From Bacilli bacterium (GTDB lineage Bacteria > Bacillota_I > Bacilli_A > RF39 > UBA660): DNA of 38,904 nt. The stretch's first letter is position 1. Each line of letters starts with the position of its first letter. The notes beneath the pieces are model-generated. The model was given only the letters and a program-made list of their open reading frames with translations. It did no database searches and was not told where the DNA came from. The stretch is taken from assembly GCA_036642175.1 (NCBI GenBank), contig JAVWDK010000001.1, positions 1 to 38,904 of the forward strand. Reading direction: 5' to 3'. The position numbers and the translations under genes were made by a program. Of the stretch, positions 9,170 to 18,383 are shown one piece after another.

Positions 9170-9703
9170 TTAATGATATAAATACGTAATCGCAATAATA
9201 ATTAATAAAACCCCTCCTATAATAGTAGAAACTTTACCAAATATAGTCTTTACTTTCTTACCTAAAATTAAACCGACTAAAGTAAAAAAGCAACTTAACA
9301 AACAAAATATAAGAGAACTTTGCAAATGCATACTAGTTACAGTTTCTAATCCAATTCCTACTGAAAAACTATCAATACTAACCGCTAAGCCAAAAGCAAG
9401 AAAATCAAATAAATTATTTTTATTGCTTACTTTCTTATTTTCAAAAGATTCTCTTATTAAATTAATTCCAATAAACAATAAAATAATAAAAACTATTATA
9501 TTAGAAGGAACTTTAATATACTTTATAATAATTTCTCCAAACAAAGTTCCCAATAATGGCATTATAAAATGATATAATCCCACAATTATTGATAGTTTAA
9601 AAATATCTTTTCTTTTTATACCTAAAGTCCCATAAGCCAAAGCTAAAGAAAAAGCATCCATGCTAAGAGCAATACCAATTATAATTATTGCTGTTAATTT
9701 CAT
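9170..9703 (-). CDS. mntP: Manganese efflux pump MntP family (YtaF/DUF204-type) membrane protein
   Basis: 177 aa with 6 TM segments. It carries the duplicated DUF204 motif (LSMDAFSLALAYG and VSIDSFSVGIG). Confidence 0.7.
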   Translation of the reverse strand: MKLTAIIIIGIALSMDAFSLALAYGTLGIKRKDIFKLSIIVGLYHFIMPLLGTLFGEIIIKYIKVPSNIIVFIILLFIGINLIRESFENKKVSNKNNLFDFLAFGLAVSIDSFSVGIGLETVTSMHLQSSLIFCLLSCFFTLVGLILGKKVKTIFGKVSTIIGGVLLIIIAITYLYH

Positions 9704-9751
9704 AAAAAAAACCTCCTATAAGATTTTACTTATTAAGAAGGTATTTTAGAC

Positions 9752-10273
9752 TTAAAAATATTTATCTAGAATTTCTTTAACATAAGATTTATATTCAACA
9801 TTAGTACTTTCTTCAGCTTCTAAAAGACATAAAGGAGGAAATAGCACACACCACCAATTATCACCTTGTCCTTCTCCAAGCGTTACAACTAGTGATTCAT
9901 AAAATCCTTCTTTATATTTAATACCTTTAAAAGTTTTATCAGGAAAATAATTATAACCAAAATTAACATTATACTTTGTCTTGTCATTTAAATAAGATAA
10001 AGCTTTTTTTACAGAAATATCTATTTTATCTAAATTATGATTAATAATTGATCTAGTTTCTTCTATTGTTTTAGCATCTTTCAATAAATAATAAACATCA
10101 TTTTCTACACTATTTTTAACCTGTTTCTTAATATTTTGATCATTTACAGAATTACTATTAGCAATTATTCTAATTCTTATTGCTTCATTAGGAATCAGCA
10201 CTTTAGAGCCAACACTAGAAACAAATATATAAAAGCTTATTATAAAAATTAATATAATTAAAGTTTTTTTCAT
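9752..10273 (-). CDS. spoIIR: Stage II sporulation protein R
   Basis: It has a signal/anchor peptide, then AIRIRIIANSNSVNDQNIK and the diagnostic C-terminal GDNWWCVLFPPLC motif of SpoIIR. Confidence 0.8.
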   Translation of the reverse strand: MKKTLIILIFIISFYIFVSSVGSKVLIPNEAIRIRIIANSNSVNDQNIKKQVKNSVENDVYYLLKDAKTIEETRSIINHNLDKIDISVKKALSYLNDKTKYNVNFGYNYFPDKTFKGIKYKEGFYESLVVTLGEGQGDNWWCVLFPPLCLLEAEESTNVEYKSYVKEILDKYF

Positions 10274-10319
10274 AAAAATATCCTCCTAATTTATAGTGAA
10301 TATTTTTATTACTTTTTAT

Positions 10320-10775
10320 TCATTTATGATAAGATTCATTATTAATTATTTTAAAAACGCGATAAATTTGTTCTAAAAGAACTACTCTAAATAATTGATG
10401 AGGAAAAGTTAACTTAGAAAAGCTTAATTTATAATTACTTCTTTCTTTTACACAATCATGAAGTCCATAGGAACCCCCAATTATAAAAACTATATTTGAA
10501 TTAATTATTAAAGTCTGCTCAATTTTATAAGCTAACTCTGATGAAGATAACAAAGTTCCATCTATTTCAAGTGTAATCACATAATCTTTTGGCATAATAT
10601 GTTTTAAAATATGTTCCTTTTCTTTTTCTAAAACTAAATCAATACTATTTTCATATTCATCTGATACTTCTATTATTTCAAATTTAGTATATTTAGATAA
10701 ACGCTTTTGATATTCCAAAATAGCTTGCCTAAAAAAATTCTCTTTTATTTTTCCAACACAGATTATTTTTATCAT
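10320..10775 (-). CDS. rlmH: 23S rRNA (pseudouridine1915-N3)-methyltransferase RlmH
   Basis: 151-aa SPOUT fold with MIKIICVGKIKE ... YQKRLSKY ... FIIGGSYGL ... LSFSKLTFPHQL. Its ATG overlaps the yycJ TGA in an ATGA junction at 10772-10775. Confidence 0.85.
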   Translation of the reverse strand: MIKIICVGKIKENFFRQAILEYQKRLSKYTKFEIIEVSDEYENSIDLVLEKEKEHILKHIMPKDYVITLEIDGTLLSSSELAYKIEQTLIINSNIVFIIGGSYGLHDCVKERSNYKLSFSKLTFPHQLFRVVLLEQIYRVFKIINNESYHK

Positions 10776-11536
10776 ACTTCAATCAAATCCGTTCTCTCAT
10801 TTTGCTTAGCAATAATTATTTTCTTATTTTCAATATGCTCCTCTTTTAACTTTTTTTCTAACGTGCTATAAGCTATTTCTTCTGTATTATTTTCTTCACT
10901 TAGATGAATAAGAATAATATACTCGGTTTTTTGTCCAATAAACTCTTTTAAATAATTAGTTGCCATTTCATTTGACAAATGTCCCCTATCTCCTAAAATT
11001 CTTACCTTTAAATCATATCTATACTTACTGTTCATTAACATTTCCACATCATGATTACTCTCTAAAATATACATTTTTTTGTTTTTTAGTCGCTCAAAAT
11101 ACTTTACGTTAATATAACCTGTATCTGTAATGTAAACTAAAGATGAAAATTCTGTTTCAAAAATAAATCCAACAGAATCTATAGCATCATGTGATGTTTT
11201 TAAAATATCAACAGTTAATTCATCAAGCAATAATTTGTTATTTATTATTTGATATTTTTCCAAAATAATTTTTTTTTCTATTTCTTCTTTTATTTTTTTT
11301 GTTACATAAACTGTTGGATGATTTTTTTTCAAAAATACTTTTAAAGCACTTATATGGTCTATATGATCATGAGTTATAAATATTGTATCAATTGAACTTG
11401 GTAAGACATCAATATCAAGCAGTTCTTTTTCTATATATTTACAGTTAGTCCCAATATCAATCAATATTTTATGACTAGTTGTTTCAAGGTATGTACTATT
11501 TCCTTTAGAACCACTAGCAAGCACACTTACTTTCAT
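10772..11536 (-). CDS. yycJ: MBL-fold metallo-hydrolase YycJ/WalJ
   Basis: It reads MKVSVLASGSKGNSTYLET ... ITHDHIDHISAL (HxHxDH). The preferred ATG at 11534-11536 shares one base with the upstream TAA (TAATG). The ORF-track start at 11554 is also possible. Confidence 0.8.
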   Translation of the reverse strand: MKVSVLASGSKGNSTYLETTSHKILIDIGTNCKYIEKELLDIDVLPSSIDTIFITHDHIDHISALKVFLKKNHPTVYVTKKIKEEIEKKIILEKYQIINNKLLLDELTVDILKTSHDAIDSVGFIFETEFSSLVYITDTGYINVKYFERLKNKKMYILESNHDVEMLMNSKYRYDLKVRILGDRGHLSNEMATNYLKEFIGQKTEYIILIHLSEENNTEEIAYSTLEKKLKEEHIENKKIIIAKQNERTDLIEV

Positions 11537-12990
11537 TATTTGTATATACTCCATGGATTAAGAGAATATCCTCCATAATAAGGAAATCCATAAAATACGC
11601 CAAAGTGTAAATGTGGTCCAGTTGCCCAACCAGTTGAACCAATTAAACCAATTTGTTCTCCCCTCGCAACTGTTTGACCTTTTTGAACTAAATACCTTGT
11701 CATATGACCATAATAAGTATAATATCCATTATTATGATTAATAACTACAAAATTACCATTAACATTACCATATGATGCAGTTACTACTATTCCATTATTA
11801 GCAGCATATATAGGTGAATTATAGCCTGTTCCTGCAATATCAATACCATCATGTAACTCACGAGCTCCATTAATTGGGTTTATACGATATCCATACCCAG
11901 AACTAATTGTCCATCCTCCTGCCGTAGGCCATGCCCAAACAGTAAGACTACCAATCGTTGGAATATATTTTTGGCCAATTACAATAATCTGATTTATAGT
12001 TGGTTTAGCTTCAATTTTACTTTGCGTGTTAACATACGTAATCGCACCATTAGTTCTTTTCACATCTTTAGAAACACGGTCTATACCATCGGCACCATAC
12101 TGTATAACTTGATTATTTCCAATTGGTCTATTAGCATCGTATTGTTCAATTGTTTTATGCTTATTTAAAACATCTTCAATAACATATTCTTCTACAACAA
12201 CTTTAATTTGAGGATCAGTTACAGCTATAGAAACCGTTTGTCCAGCAAATAATAAATTCTTAGAATTAGTTATATTATCATTTGACAGTAAAAATTCCTC
12301 TACGCTTATTTTATTATCAAAAGCAATACTTTCAATAGTATCACCAGGTTTAACTATATAACTGTTTTTCTGCATTTTTTTACCAAAAATAAAATACTGA
12401 TTTAAATCTTCTGAATTAGTATAAATCAATTCATCAGTTGAAATAAAAGTTTCTTTAATTGTTTTAGTATTTTCAATATATACATTTTCAATTATTTTTC
12501 CTGTTTCAACAATCTTCTTTTGTGACTTATTTATATAATTCTTATAATTATCTTTTCCAACAAAAGTCTCAATTGTACTTTCTAAAGCCTTAACAAAAAC
12601 ATTAGAATTAGTTGCATAAATAACTTGCGATTTTTCACCATCTTTAATAGTCATTTGAAAGCCTTTAATTGTAAAAGCTTTTTTATTTTTTATTTTATTA
12701 TATACATCACTTATTTTGTCTGCTTTACTAGAATAAGTTACTATTTTTTCTATTTCTAGTCCATTAGGTGAATATACATCAGTCACCTTATATTTGTTTT
12801 TAATATATTCATTTTGTCCATTTATATATTTTTCTAATTTTGATTTAGATGTTACAACACCTACTAAATCACCATCAAGAAATACTTGATAATATATATT
12901 AGGCTCATCACTTTTTCGGTAATCAAAGCCAAGCCAGAATATAGACAAACTCAATATTATAATGGATATAATTAATAATCCTTTTTTCAT
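11536..12990 (-). CDS. Secreted M23 family metallopeptidase with LysM and G5 domains
   Basis: It has an N-terminal TM anchor. A LysM-like segment (YIVKPGDTIESIAFDNKISVEEFLLSN ... AGQTVSI) follows. A G5-like segment (QVIQYGADGIDRVSKDVKRTNGAI ... IIVIGQK) comes next. The M23 motifs HDGIDIAG and GPHLHFGV are present. Confidence 0.85.
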   Translation of the reverse strand: MKKGLLIISIIILSLSIFWLGFDYRKSDEPNIYYQVFLDGDLVGVVTSKSKLEKYINGQNEYIKNKYKVTDVYSPNGLEIEKIVTYSSKADKISDVYNKIKNKKAFTIKGFQMTIKDGEKSQVIYATNSNVFVKALESTIETFVGKDNYKNYINKSQKKIVETGKIIENVYIENTKTIKETFISTDELIYTNSEDLNQYFIFGKKMQKNSYIVKPGDTIESIAFDNKISVEEFLLSNDNITNSKNLLFAGQTVSIAVTDPQIKVVVEEYVIEDVLNKHKTIEQYDANRPIGNNQVIQYGADGIDRVSKDVKRTNGAITYVNTQSKIEAKPTINQIIVIGQKYIPTIGSLTVWAWPTAGGWTISSGYGYRINPINGARELHDGIDIAGTGYNSPIYAANNGIVVTASYGNVNGNFVVINHNNGYYTYYGHMTRYLVQKGQTVARGEQIGLIGSTGWATGPHLHFGVFYGFPYYGGYSLNPWSIYK

Positions 12991-12998
12991 ATAATCAC

Positions 12999-14339
12999 CT
13001 ATTCTTCTTTATTTATATAATTTACAAAAGTACTAGTATTTTTTTTAAATACTAAATCAATTGAACCAGTTGAACCATTACGATGTTTAGCTAAAATAAG
13101 TTCTGATTTAACTGTATTTTCATCAATCGCTAAATCTTTTTTATAGTAAGCCTCACTAAACAAGAAAGAAACTATATCAGCATCCTGTTCAATTGATCCG
13201 GACTCTCTTAAATCACTAAGTAATGGTCTTTTGTCTTCACGTCCCTCAACACTACGAGATAACTGAGCAGCCGCAATAACAGGAACATTCAATTCCATTG
13301 CCATTGTTTTTAGCCCTCTTGAAATATCAGAAACCTCTTGTTGACGATTATTACTATTTCTAGAAGTTCCACTAATAAGCTGTAAATAATCAATTACAAT
13401 AACATCTAATCCTTTTTCACTCGTAGCAAGGCGACGACATTTAGCTCTTATTTCATTAATTGTCATATCCGAAGTATCATCAATAAATATCTTCGTATCA
13501 GCTAATCTACTAATTGCCTCATTTAACTTTTTCCAATCATCATGTTCTAATCGTCCTGCCTTCAACTTATTATTATCAATTTGTCCAACAGATGATAACA
13601 TCCTCATTACTAATTGTTCAGCATTCATTTCCATATTAAAAAGTGCGACTGTCTTCTTTGAATTAATAGCAATATTAGTTGCTACATTTAAAGCAAAAGA
13701 TGTTTTTCCCATTCCTGGACGAGCAGCCAATATAATTAATTCACCACCATGCATGCCTAAAGTCTTTTTATCTAAATCATAAAATCCTGTCGCAATGCCC
13801 GTTACCTCATTATGATTTTGTGACAATTTTTCCAATTGTTGTTGCGTTTTAAATAAGACATCTTGAATAGTTCTAAACTCAGTTCCTTTTTGTGTTTTAA
13901 CAACACTAAATATTCTTTTCTCAGCATTTTCAAGGATTTCACTAAACGGTTTAGTCTGTTGATAACATTCAGAAGTTATCACTGTTGTCTCATCAATTAA
14001 TTTTCTTAAAATAGCATTTTCATCAACTATTTTGATATATTCATCAATATTAGCGGCTGTTGGAACCGAAGTAACTAGCTCACTTAAATACTCATTACCT
14101 CCAATTTGTTTCAACAAACCTCTTTTTTTCAGTTCTGAACTAACAGTAGTAATATCAACCGAACTCTTTTTTTCACATAAATCACTAATAATTCCAAATA
14201 TTTTTATATGAGCATCAATATAAAACAACTCTTTATCTAATGATTCAACAGCTTTTTGTAGGGCATTTTTAGATAGAAACATAGCACCGATTACTGATTG
14301 TTCTGCTTCAACATCGTGTGGAATTCTTTTTTCTAACAT
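12999..14339 (-). CDS. dnaB: Replicative DNA helicase (DnaB family; DnaC in B. subtilis nomenclature)
   Basis: 446 aa. The N-terminus reads PHDVEAEQSVIGAM, and Walker A is LAARPGMGKTSFALN. It also has IVIDYLQLI and SRGLKTMAMELNVPVIAAAQLSR. It lies directly downstream of rplI, as in Firmicutes. Confidence 0.95.
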   Translation of the reverse strand: MLEKRIPHDVEAEQSVIGAMFLSKNALQKAVESLDKELFYIDAHIKIFGIISDLCEKKSSVDITTVSSELKKRGLLKQIGGNEYLSELVTSVPTAANIDEYIKIVDENAILRKLIDETTVITSECYQQTKPFSEILENAEKRIFSVVKTQKGTEFRTIQDVLFKTQQQLEKLSQNHNEVTGIATGFYDLDKKTLGMHGGELIILAARPGMGKTSFALNVATNIAINSKKTVALFNMEMNAEQLVMRMLSSVGQIDNNKLKAGRLEHDDWKKLNEAISRLADTKIFIDDTSDMTINEIRAKCRRLATSEKGLDVIVIDYLQLISGTSRNSNNRQQEVSDISRGLKTMAMELNVPVIAAAQLSRSVEGREDKRPLLSDLRESGSIEQDADIVSFLFSEAYYKKDLAIDENTVKSELILAKHRNGSTGSIDLVFKKNTSTFVNYINKEE

Positions 14340-14343
14340 AATA

Positions 14344-14793
14344 CTACCTACTTTCTTTTTGCAATTCGACTTTTATTTCTCCTATTATTTCTTTATAAAG
14401 ATTTACTTTAACATTATAAATTCCTAAACAAATCAAAGGAAAATCAATAATAATTTTCTTTTTATCAATATTAAAACCTTTATTTTTTAATTCATTTTCA
14501 ATTTGCTTTTGACTAATACTGCCAAAAACCTTATCTGAAGATCCTGTTTTAACTTTAAAAATAAGATGAATCTTTTCTAATTGATTTTTTAAATTAATTG
14601 CTTCTTCTTTTAATTGATTAACTTCTTCTTCTTTTTTTCTTATTTCTGTATTTAATTTTTTCATACCACTACTATCTGCCAATATTCCTAATTGATTTTT
14701 AATTAAATAGTTCATACCAAAACCATCTTTCACGGTTATTATTTCACCTTTTTTACCATGACCTTTTACATTTGCCGTTAAAATTATTTTCAT
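14344..14793 (-). CDS. rplI: 50S ribosomal protein L9
   Basis: 149 aa with MKIILTANVKGHGKKGEIITVKDGFGMNYL, a long connecting helix and a C-terminal domain. Confidence 0.9.
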   Translation of the reverse strand: MKIILTANVKGHGKKGEIITVKDGFGMNYLIKNQLGILADSSGMKKLNTEIRKKEEEVNQLKEEAINLKNQLEKIHLIFKVKTGSSDKVFGSISQKQIENELKNKGFNIDKKKIIIDFPLICLGIYNVKVNLYKEIIGEIKVELQKESR

Positions 14794-14801
14794 ATTACCT
14801 C

Positions 14802-15761
14802 CTATTTTAATATCTCTAATAGTTGTTCTTTTATTTCTTTTATGCTTGAATTTTCTATTTTTGATGCAGCATTACTTGAATGACCACCACCACCAAGTTT
14901 TTTCATTATTTGTTCAACATCAATATTGCCTAAGCTTTTAGCACTTATACCAATTGCATTTTTTGAAACTTTTCCAATTGCAAATCCTACTTCAACATTA
15001 TCAAATTGTAATAATTCATTAGCAATTATTGATAAATCTTCTTGTTTATAAATATCTTCATCAAATAAACAAAGAGCCATTGTTTTATTAATCATAAAAG
15101 CATTTTTTATTAATTCTTGTCGTTTTAAATATTCTTCTTTATTTTCTTGTAATAATTCTTTTTTTATTAAATTATCAGCTCCTAATTTTAATAATTGAGC
15201 TGCTGTTTCATGAGTTCTTTCAGTTGTTTTTATATTAAAATTATTAGTATCAATTTCAATACCAGCTAACATAATAGTCGCAATAATAGGATTAATTTGT
15301 TTATTTAAATATTTTAAATATTCAGTAATTATTTCAACAGTACTAGATAGATTAGAATTTATATAAGACATTATAGTATCTTTAATATTATTAGTAGCTT
15401 TTATATGATGGTCTATAACTATCTTATCTTTTACCTTTTTTAATATTTCATTTGACTCTATTATTTCTTCTTTATGTGTATCAAGAATTATTAATAAATC
15501 ATTTTCTAATACTTTATTTTTATTATATATATAATTTATTTTTATGTTGTTTTGTTCTAATTTTAATTTTGCTTTTTTAACTGACTCGTTAGTTTTTCTA
15601 TTTATTACGATATATACTTTTTTATCAAACGATTCTATTATTTTATATAAACATAATAAAGATCCAATTGCATCTAAATCAATATTTTGATGTGCCATTA
15701 ATATTATTTGATTATGTTCTTTAATTGATTCTGTTAAACATTTAAATATATCATCCATCAT
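14802..15761 (-). CDS. Stand-alone DHH/DHHA1 phosphoesterase (NrnA/Pde2-like; occupies the GdpP/YybT position)
   Basis: 319 aa. It has DHH motifs HQNIDLDAIGS, ILDTH and VIDHH, plus the DHHA1 motif GGGGHSSNAAS. It lies immediately upstream of rplI-dnaB, where B. subtilis has yybT (gdpP). The TM, PAS and GGDEF parts are absent. Confidence 0.75.
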   Translation of the reverse strand: MMDDIFKCLTESIKEHNQIILMAHQNIDLDAIGSLLCLYKIIESFDKKVYIVINRKTNESVKKAKLKLEQNNIKINYIYNKNKVLENDLLIILDTHKEEIIESNEILKKVKDKIVIDHHIKATNNIKDTIMSYINSNLSSTVEIITEYLKYLNKQINPIIATIMLAGIEIDTNNFNIKTTERTHETAAQLLKLGADNLIKKELLQENKEEYLKRQELIKNAFMINKTMALCLFDEDIYKQEDLSIIANELLQFDNVEVGFAIGKVSKNAIGISAKSLGNIDVEQIMKKLGGGGHSSNAASKIENSSIKEIKEQLLEILK

Positions 15762-16016
15762 TTCACCTCAGTTATTCATTATTATACTATATTTTAAGCA
15801 AAATGTCTTTATTTTAATATTTCAAATTCAAACTTTCATAAAGATTACTAATTAAATTTGAAAGCATACAACATTAAACATTACTATAATTTTTTAAACT
15901 TATTAACACTTATTTTATCATTAAATTTTTTAAATCAAAAACTAGCTTTCCTACTTTTCATACATACAATATATAAAATTAGTTAGTAATAAAAAAAGAC
16001 TTCTTTAAAAAAATCT

Positions 16017-16223
16017 TTATTTAGCTTCTTTCTTGCTTAACTTAGCATTAAATCTTTCAATATTTCCAGTCTTACGGCCACTTGTTTGTAAACCAGTATA
16101 TTGCGGATGACAATTATTACACGTTTCAACATGTAACTCATTCTTCGTTGACTTAACAGTAAATGTATTACCACAAGCACACGTAACCTTTGTATCAACA
16201 TATTTTGTACCAATTTCTTGCAT
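16017..16223 (-). CDS. rpmE: 50S ribosomal protein L31 (Cys-containing, Zn-type)
   Basis: 68 aa with VTCACGNTF ... CNNCHPQYTG ... ERFNAK. The N-terminus is diverged from the usual GIHP motif. Confidence 0.85.
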   Translation of the reverse strand: MQEIGTKYVDTKVTCACGNTFTVKSTKNELHVETCNNCHPQYTGLQTSGRKTGNIERFNAKLSKKEAK

Positions 16224-16309
16224 ATTTATTCTCCTTCTGCCATGACTAATTACATCATAGAAATTTGTTTCTTCAATAGTATAGCAATTATTTGAAAAAA
16301 ATGCAATAA

Positions 16310-17038
16310 TTATTTGAACAAACTTTCATCTAATATACCAATAATAACATCAGCAATTTTTTTATAACCTTTTTTATTCGGATAAACATTATAATTATCA
16401 ATCAAATAATCATTACTATTTTTAAATTGATTATAAATATCAACATATTTTATATTATATTTACTAGATAAATAGTCATATTTTGAATTAACATAGCTAA
16501 AAAATTTATTGACTTTCTCATTATCTGCAATAGGACTATAATAACCAACCATAACAACATCTTCCTTACAATATTTTCTAATAATTTTAAACAATTCTTC
16601 AACATCAACCATTATTTCATCTACATACTTAAAAATTGTTATATCATTTTCTTCAAGCAAAGATAAAAGGCTATTCTTATTAATAAAATCATTCATTCCA
16701 ACTGATATTGTTACCAAATCAGCTTTTATCAAAGCATGCTTAATTGTTACCTTCTTTCCATCAATTAAAACTTTTTCATTATCATTAATAGCTCTAATCA
16801 AATCAGTAGTACGATAACTACTTTTAGCAAAATTATTTATATATTTTTCCAATACTTTTTTTTGACTTAAATAATCCTTTATATAATCAGTGTAACCATA
16901 ATCATAATTATTATATGGAGTCATACCTAAAGCTAAAGAATCACCCAAGGCTAAATAATAAACTTTCTTATCTAATGTCGTTAAATATATTAAAAAAACA
17001 GATAACAAAACAACTGCTAAAACAAAAATTTTTTTCAT
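16310..17038 (-). CDS. Secreted or anchored SGNH/GDSL-family hydrolase
   Basis: It has a signal/anchor peptide, block I LALGDSLALG and block III VGMNDF. The size (242 aa) is typical of the family. Confidence 0.7.
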   Translation of the reverse strand: MKKIFVLAVVLLSVFLIYLTTLDKKVYYLALGDSLALGMTPYNNYDYGYTDYIKDYLSQKKVLEKYINNFAKSSYRTTDLIRAINDNEKVLIDGKKVTIKHALIKADLVTISVGMNDFINKNSLLSLLEENDITIFKYVDEIMVDVEELFKIIRKYCKEDVVMVGYYSPIADNEKVNKFFSYVNSKYDYLSSKYNIKYVDIYNQFKNSNDYLIDNYNVYPNKKGYKKIADVIIGILDESLFK

Positions 17039-17073
17039 ATCTTCTCCTAAAAAAATAGAGTTATTTTCTCTAT

Positions 17074-18333
17074 TTAATCATATTCTTCAATCTTTATTTT
17101 AGCACCAACATTAGATAATTTTTCTACTATATTTTCATATCCTCTTAAAACATGTTCTATTTCTTTAACAACTGTCACACCTTTTGCTTTAAGACCAGCT
17201 AAAACCAAACAAGCTCCTGCTCTTAAATCTGTCGCACTTACTATAGTTCCTACCAAATCAGAAGGACCGCTCACTTCTATATGCTGATTATCAATTAATT
17301 TTATATCAGCTCCTAATTTAATTAAAAACTCAACATTTTTAAATCTATTTTCATAAATAGTTTCATCTAGTTTTGAAACACCATTACATTGGGTTAATAA
17401 TACGGTTAATGGCTGCTGCAAATCTGTTGCAAAACCTGGATAACCAAGAGTCTTAACCCTTACTGCTTTTAAACTAGGCATACTAGAAATTTCTAGAAAA
17501 TCACTTCCAATATTCATTTTAAATCCCATTTCTTTTAATTTTAAAGTAAGAGCTTCAATATGATCAGGAATAATGTTCACTATTTTTAAATTATTTCCCA
17601 TTAAAGCACCAGCAATTACATAAGTACCTGCTTCAATTCGATCTGGTATTACTTCAATATAAGCTTTACCCAATTTTTCAACTCCTTGAATAATAATTTC
17701 ACTAGTTCCTGCTCCCGTTATTTTAGCTCCCATATTATTCAAAAAAATCGCAATATTAACTATTTCAGGTTCTTTAGCCGCATTTTCAATAATAGTTTCA
17801 CCTTTTGCCTTAACTGCAACTAACATCGTATTTACTGTTGCACCAACACTTGGCATATCTAAATAAACATGCCCTCCGACTAAATCGTTAGCTATAATAG
17901 TATACTTGTTTCCCTCTTCTAAAACTGTTGCTCCCAGAGCCTTATAGCCTTTCAATGTTTGATCAATTGGTCTTGCACCTATTGAACAACCTCCAGGAAA
18001 ATACATTTCCACTTTTTTAAATTTTCCTAATAAAACTGACATAAAATAATAAGAAGCTCTTAATTTTTTAGAAATTTCCTCTGGTATTTCTCTGTTAACT
18101 ATATTAGAAGAATCGATTTTCATAGTTAAACCATCACTTACAACTTTGGCACCTAAATATTCTAATATTTCATTTAAAGCACTTATATCAGATATATTAG
18201 GGACATTTTCAATTACTACATTTTCATCAGATAAAATAGCTGCAGGTATTAATGCTACCGCACTATTTTTAGCACCACTTACTCGTATTGTGCCTGTCAA
18301 TTCTTGATTTCCTTCAATTACTATTTGTTTCAT
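17074..18333 (-). CDS. murA: UDP-N-acetylglucosamine 1-carboxyvinyltransferase
   Basis: 419 aa with GAKNSAVALIPAA. The active-site loop FPGGCSIGARPID retains the catalytic Cys that is the fosfomycin target. Confidence 0.95.
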   Translation of the reverse strand: MKQIVIEGNQELTGTIRVSGAKNSAVALIPAAILSDENVVIENVPNISDISALNEILEYLGAKVVSDGLTMKIDSSNIVNREIPEEISKKLRASYYFMSVLLGKFKKVEMYFPGGCSIGARPIDQTLKGYKALGATVLEEGNKYTIIANDLVGGHVYLDMPSVGATVNTMLVAVKAKGETIIENAAKEPEIVNIAIFLNNMGAKITGAGTSEIIIQGVEKLGKAYIEVIPDRIEAGTYVIAGALMGNNLKIVNIIPDHIEALTLKLKEMGFKMNIGSDFLEISSMPSLKAVRVKTLGYPGFATDLQQPLTVLLTQCNGVSKLDETIYENRFKNVEFLIKLGADIKLIDNQHIEVSGPSDLVGTIVSATDLRAGACLVLAGLKAKGVTVVKEIEHVLRGYENIVEKLSNVGAKIKIEEYD

Positions 18334-18383
18334 CCAATCACTCCTTAGTTACTATATTAATATGTAAATTGATTTTTTTGGTG

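Noticed and set aside
9704-9751. yybP-ykoY manganese riboswitch upstream of mntP
   Set aside because: The gap between spoIIR and mntP is only 48 bp, far too short for that riboswitch (over 100 nt). No conserved helices were seen.
15762-16016. Possible ncRNA or small ORF in the 255-bp gap between rpmE and the DHH gene
   Set aside because: I found only weak 4-5-bp A/T stems after the rpmE stop and a plausible promoter (AAGACA-17-TATAAT) for the DHH gene. There is no conserved RNA motif, tRNA T-loop or credible ORF.
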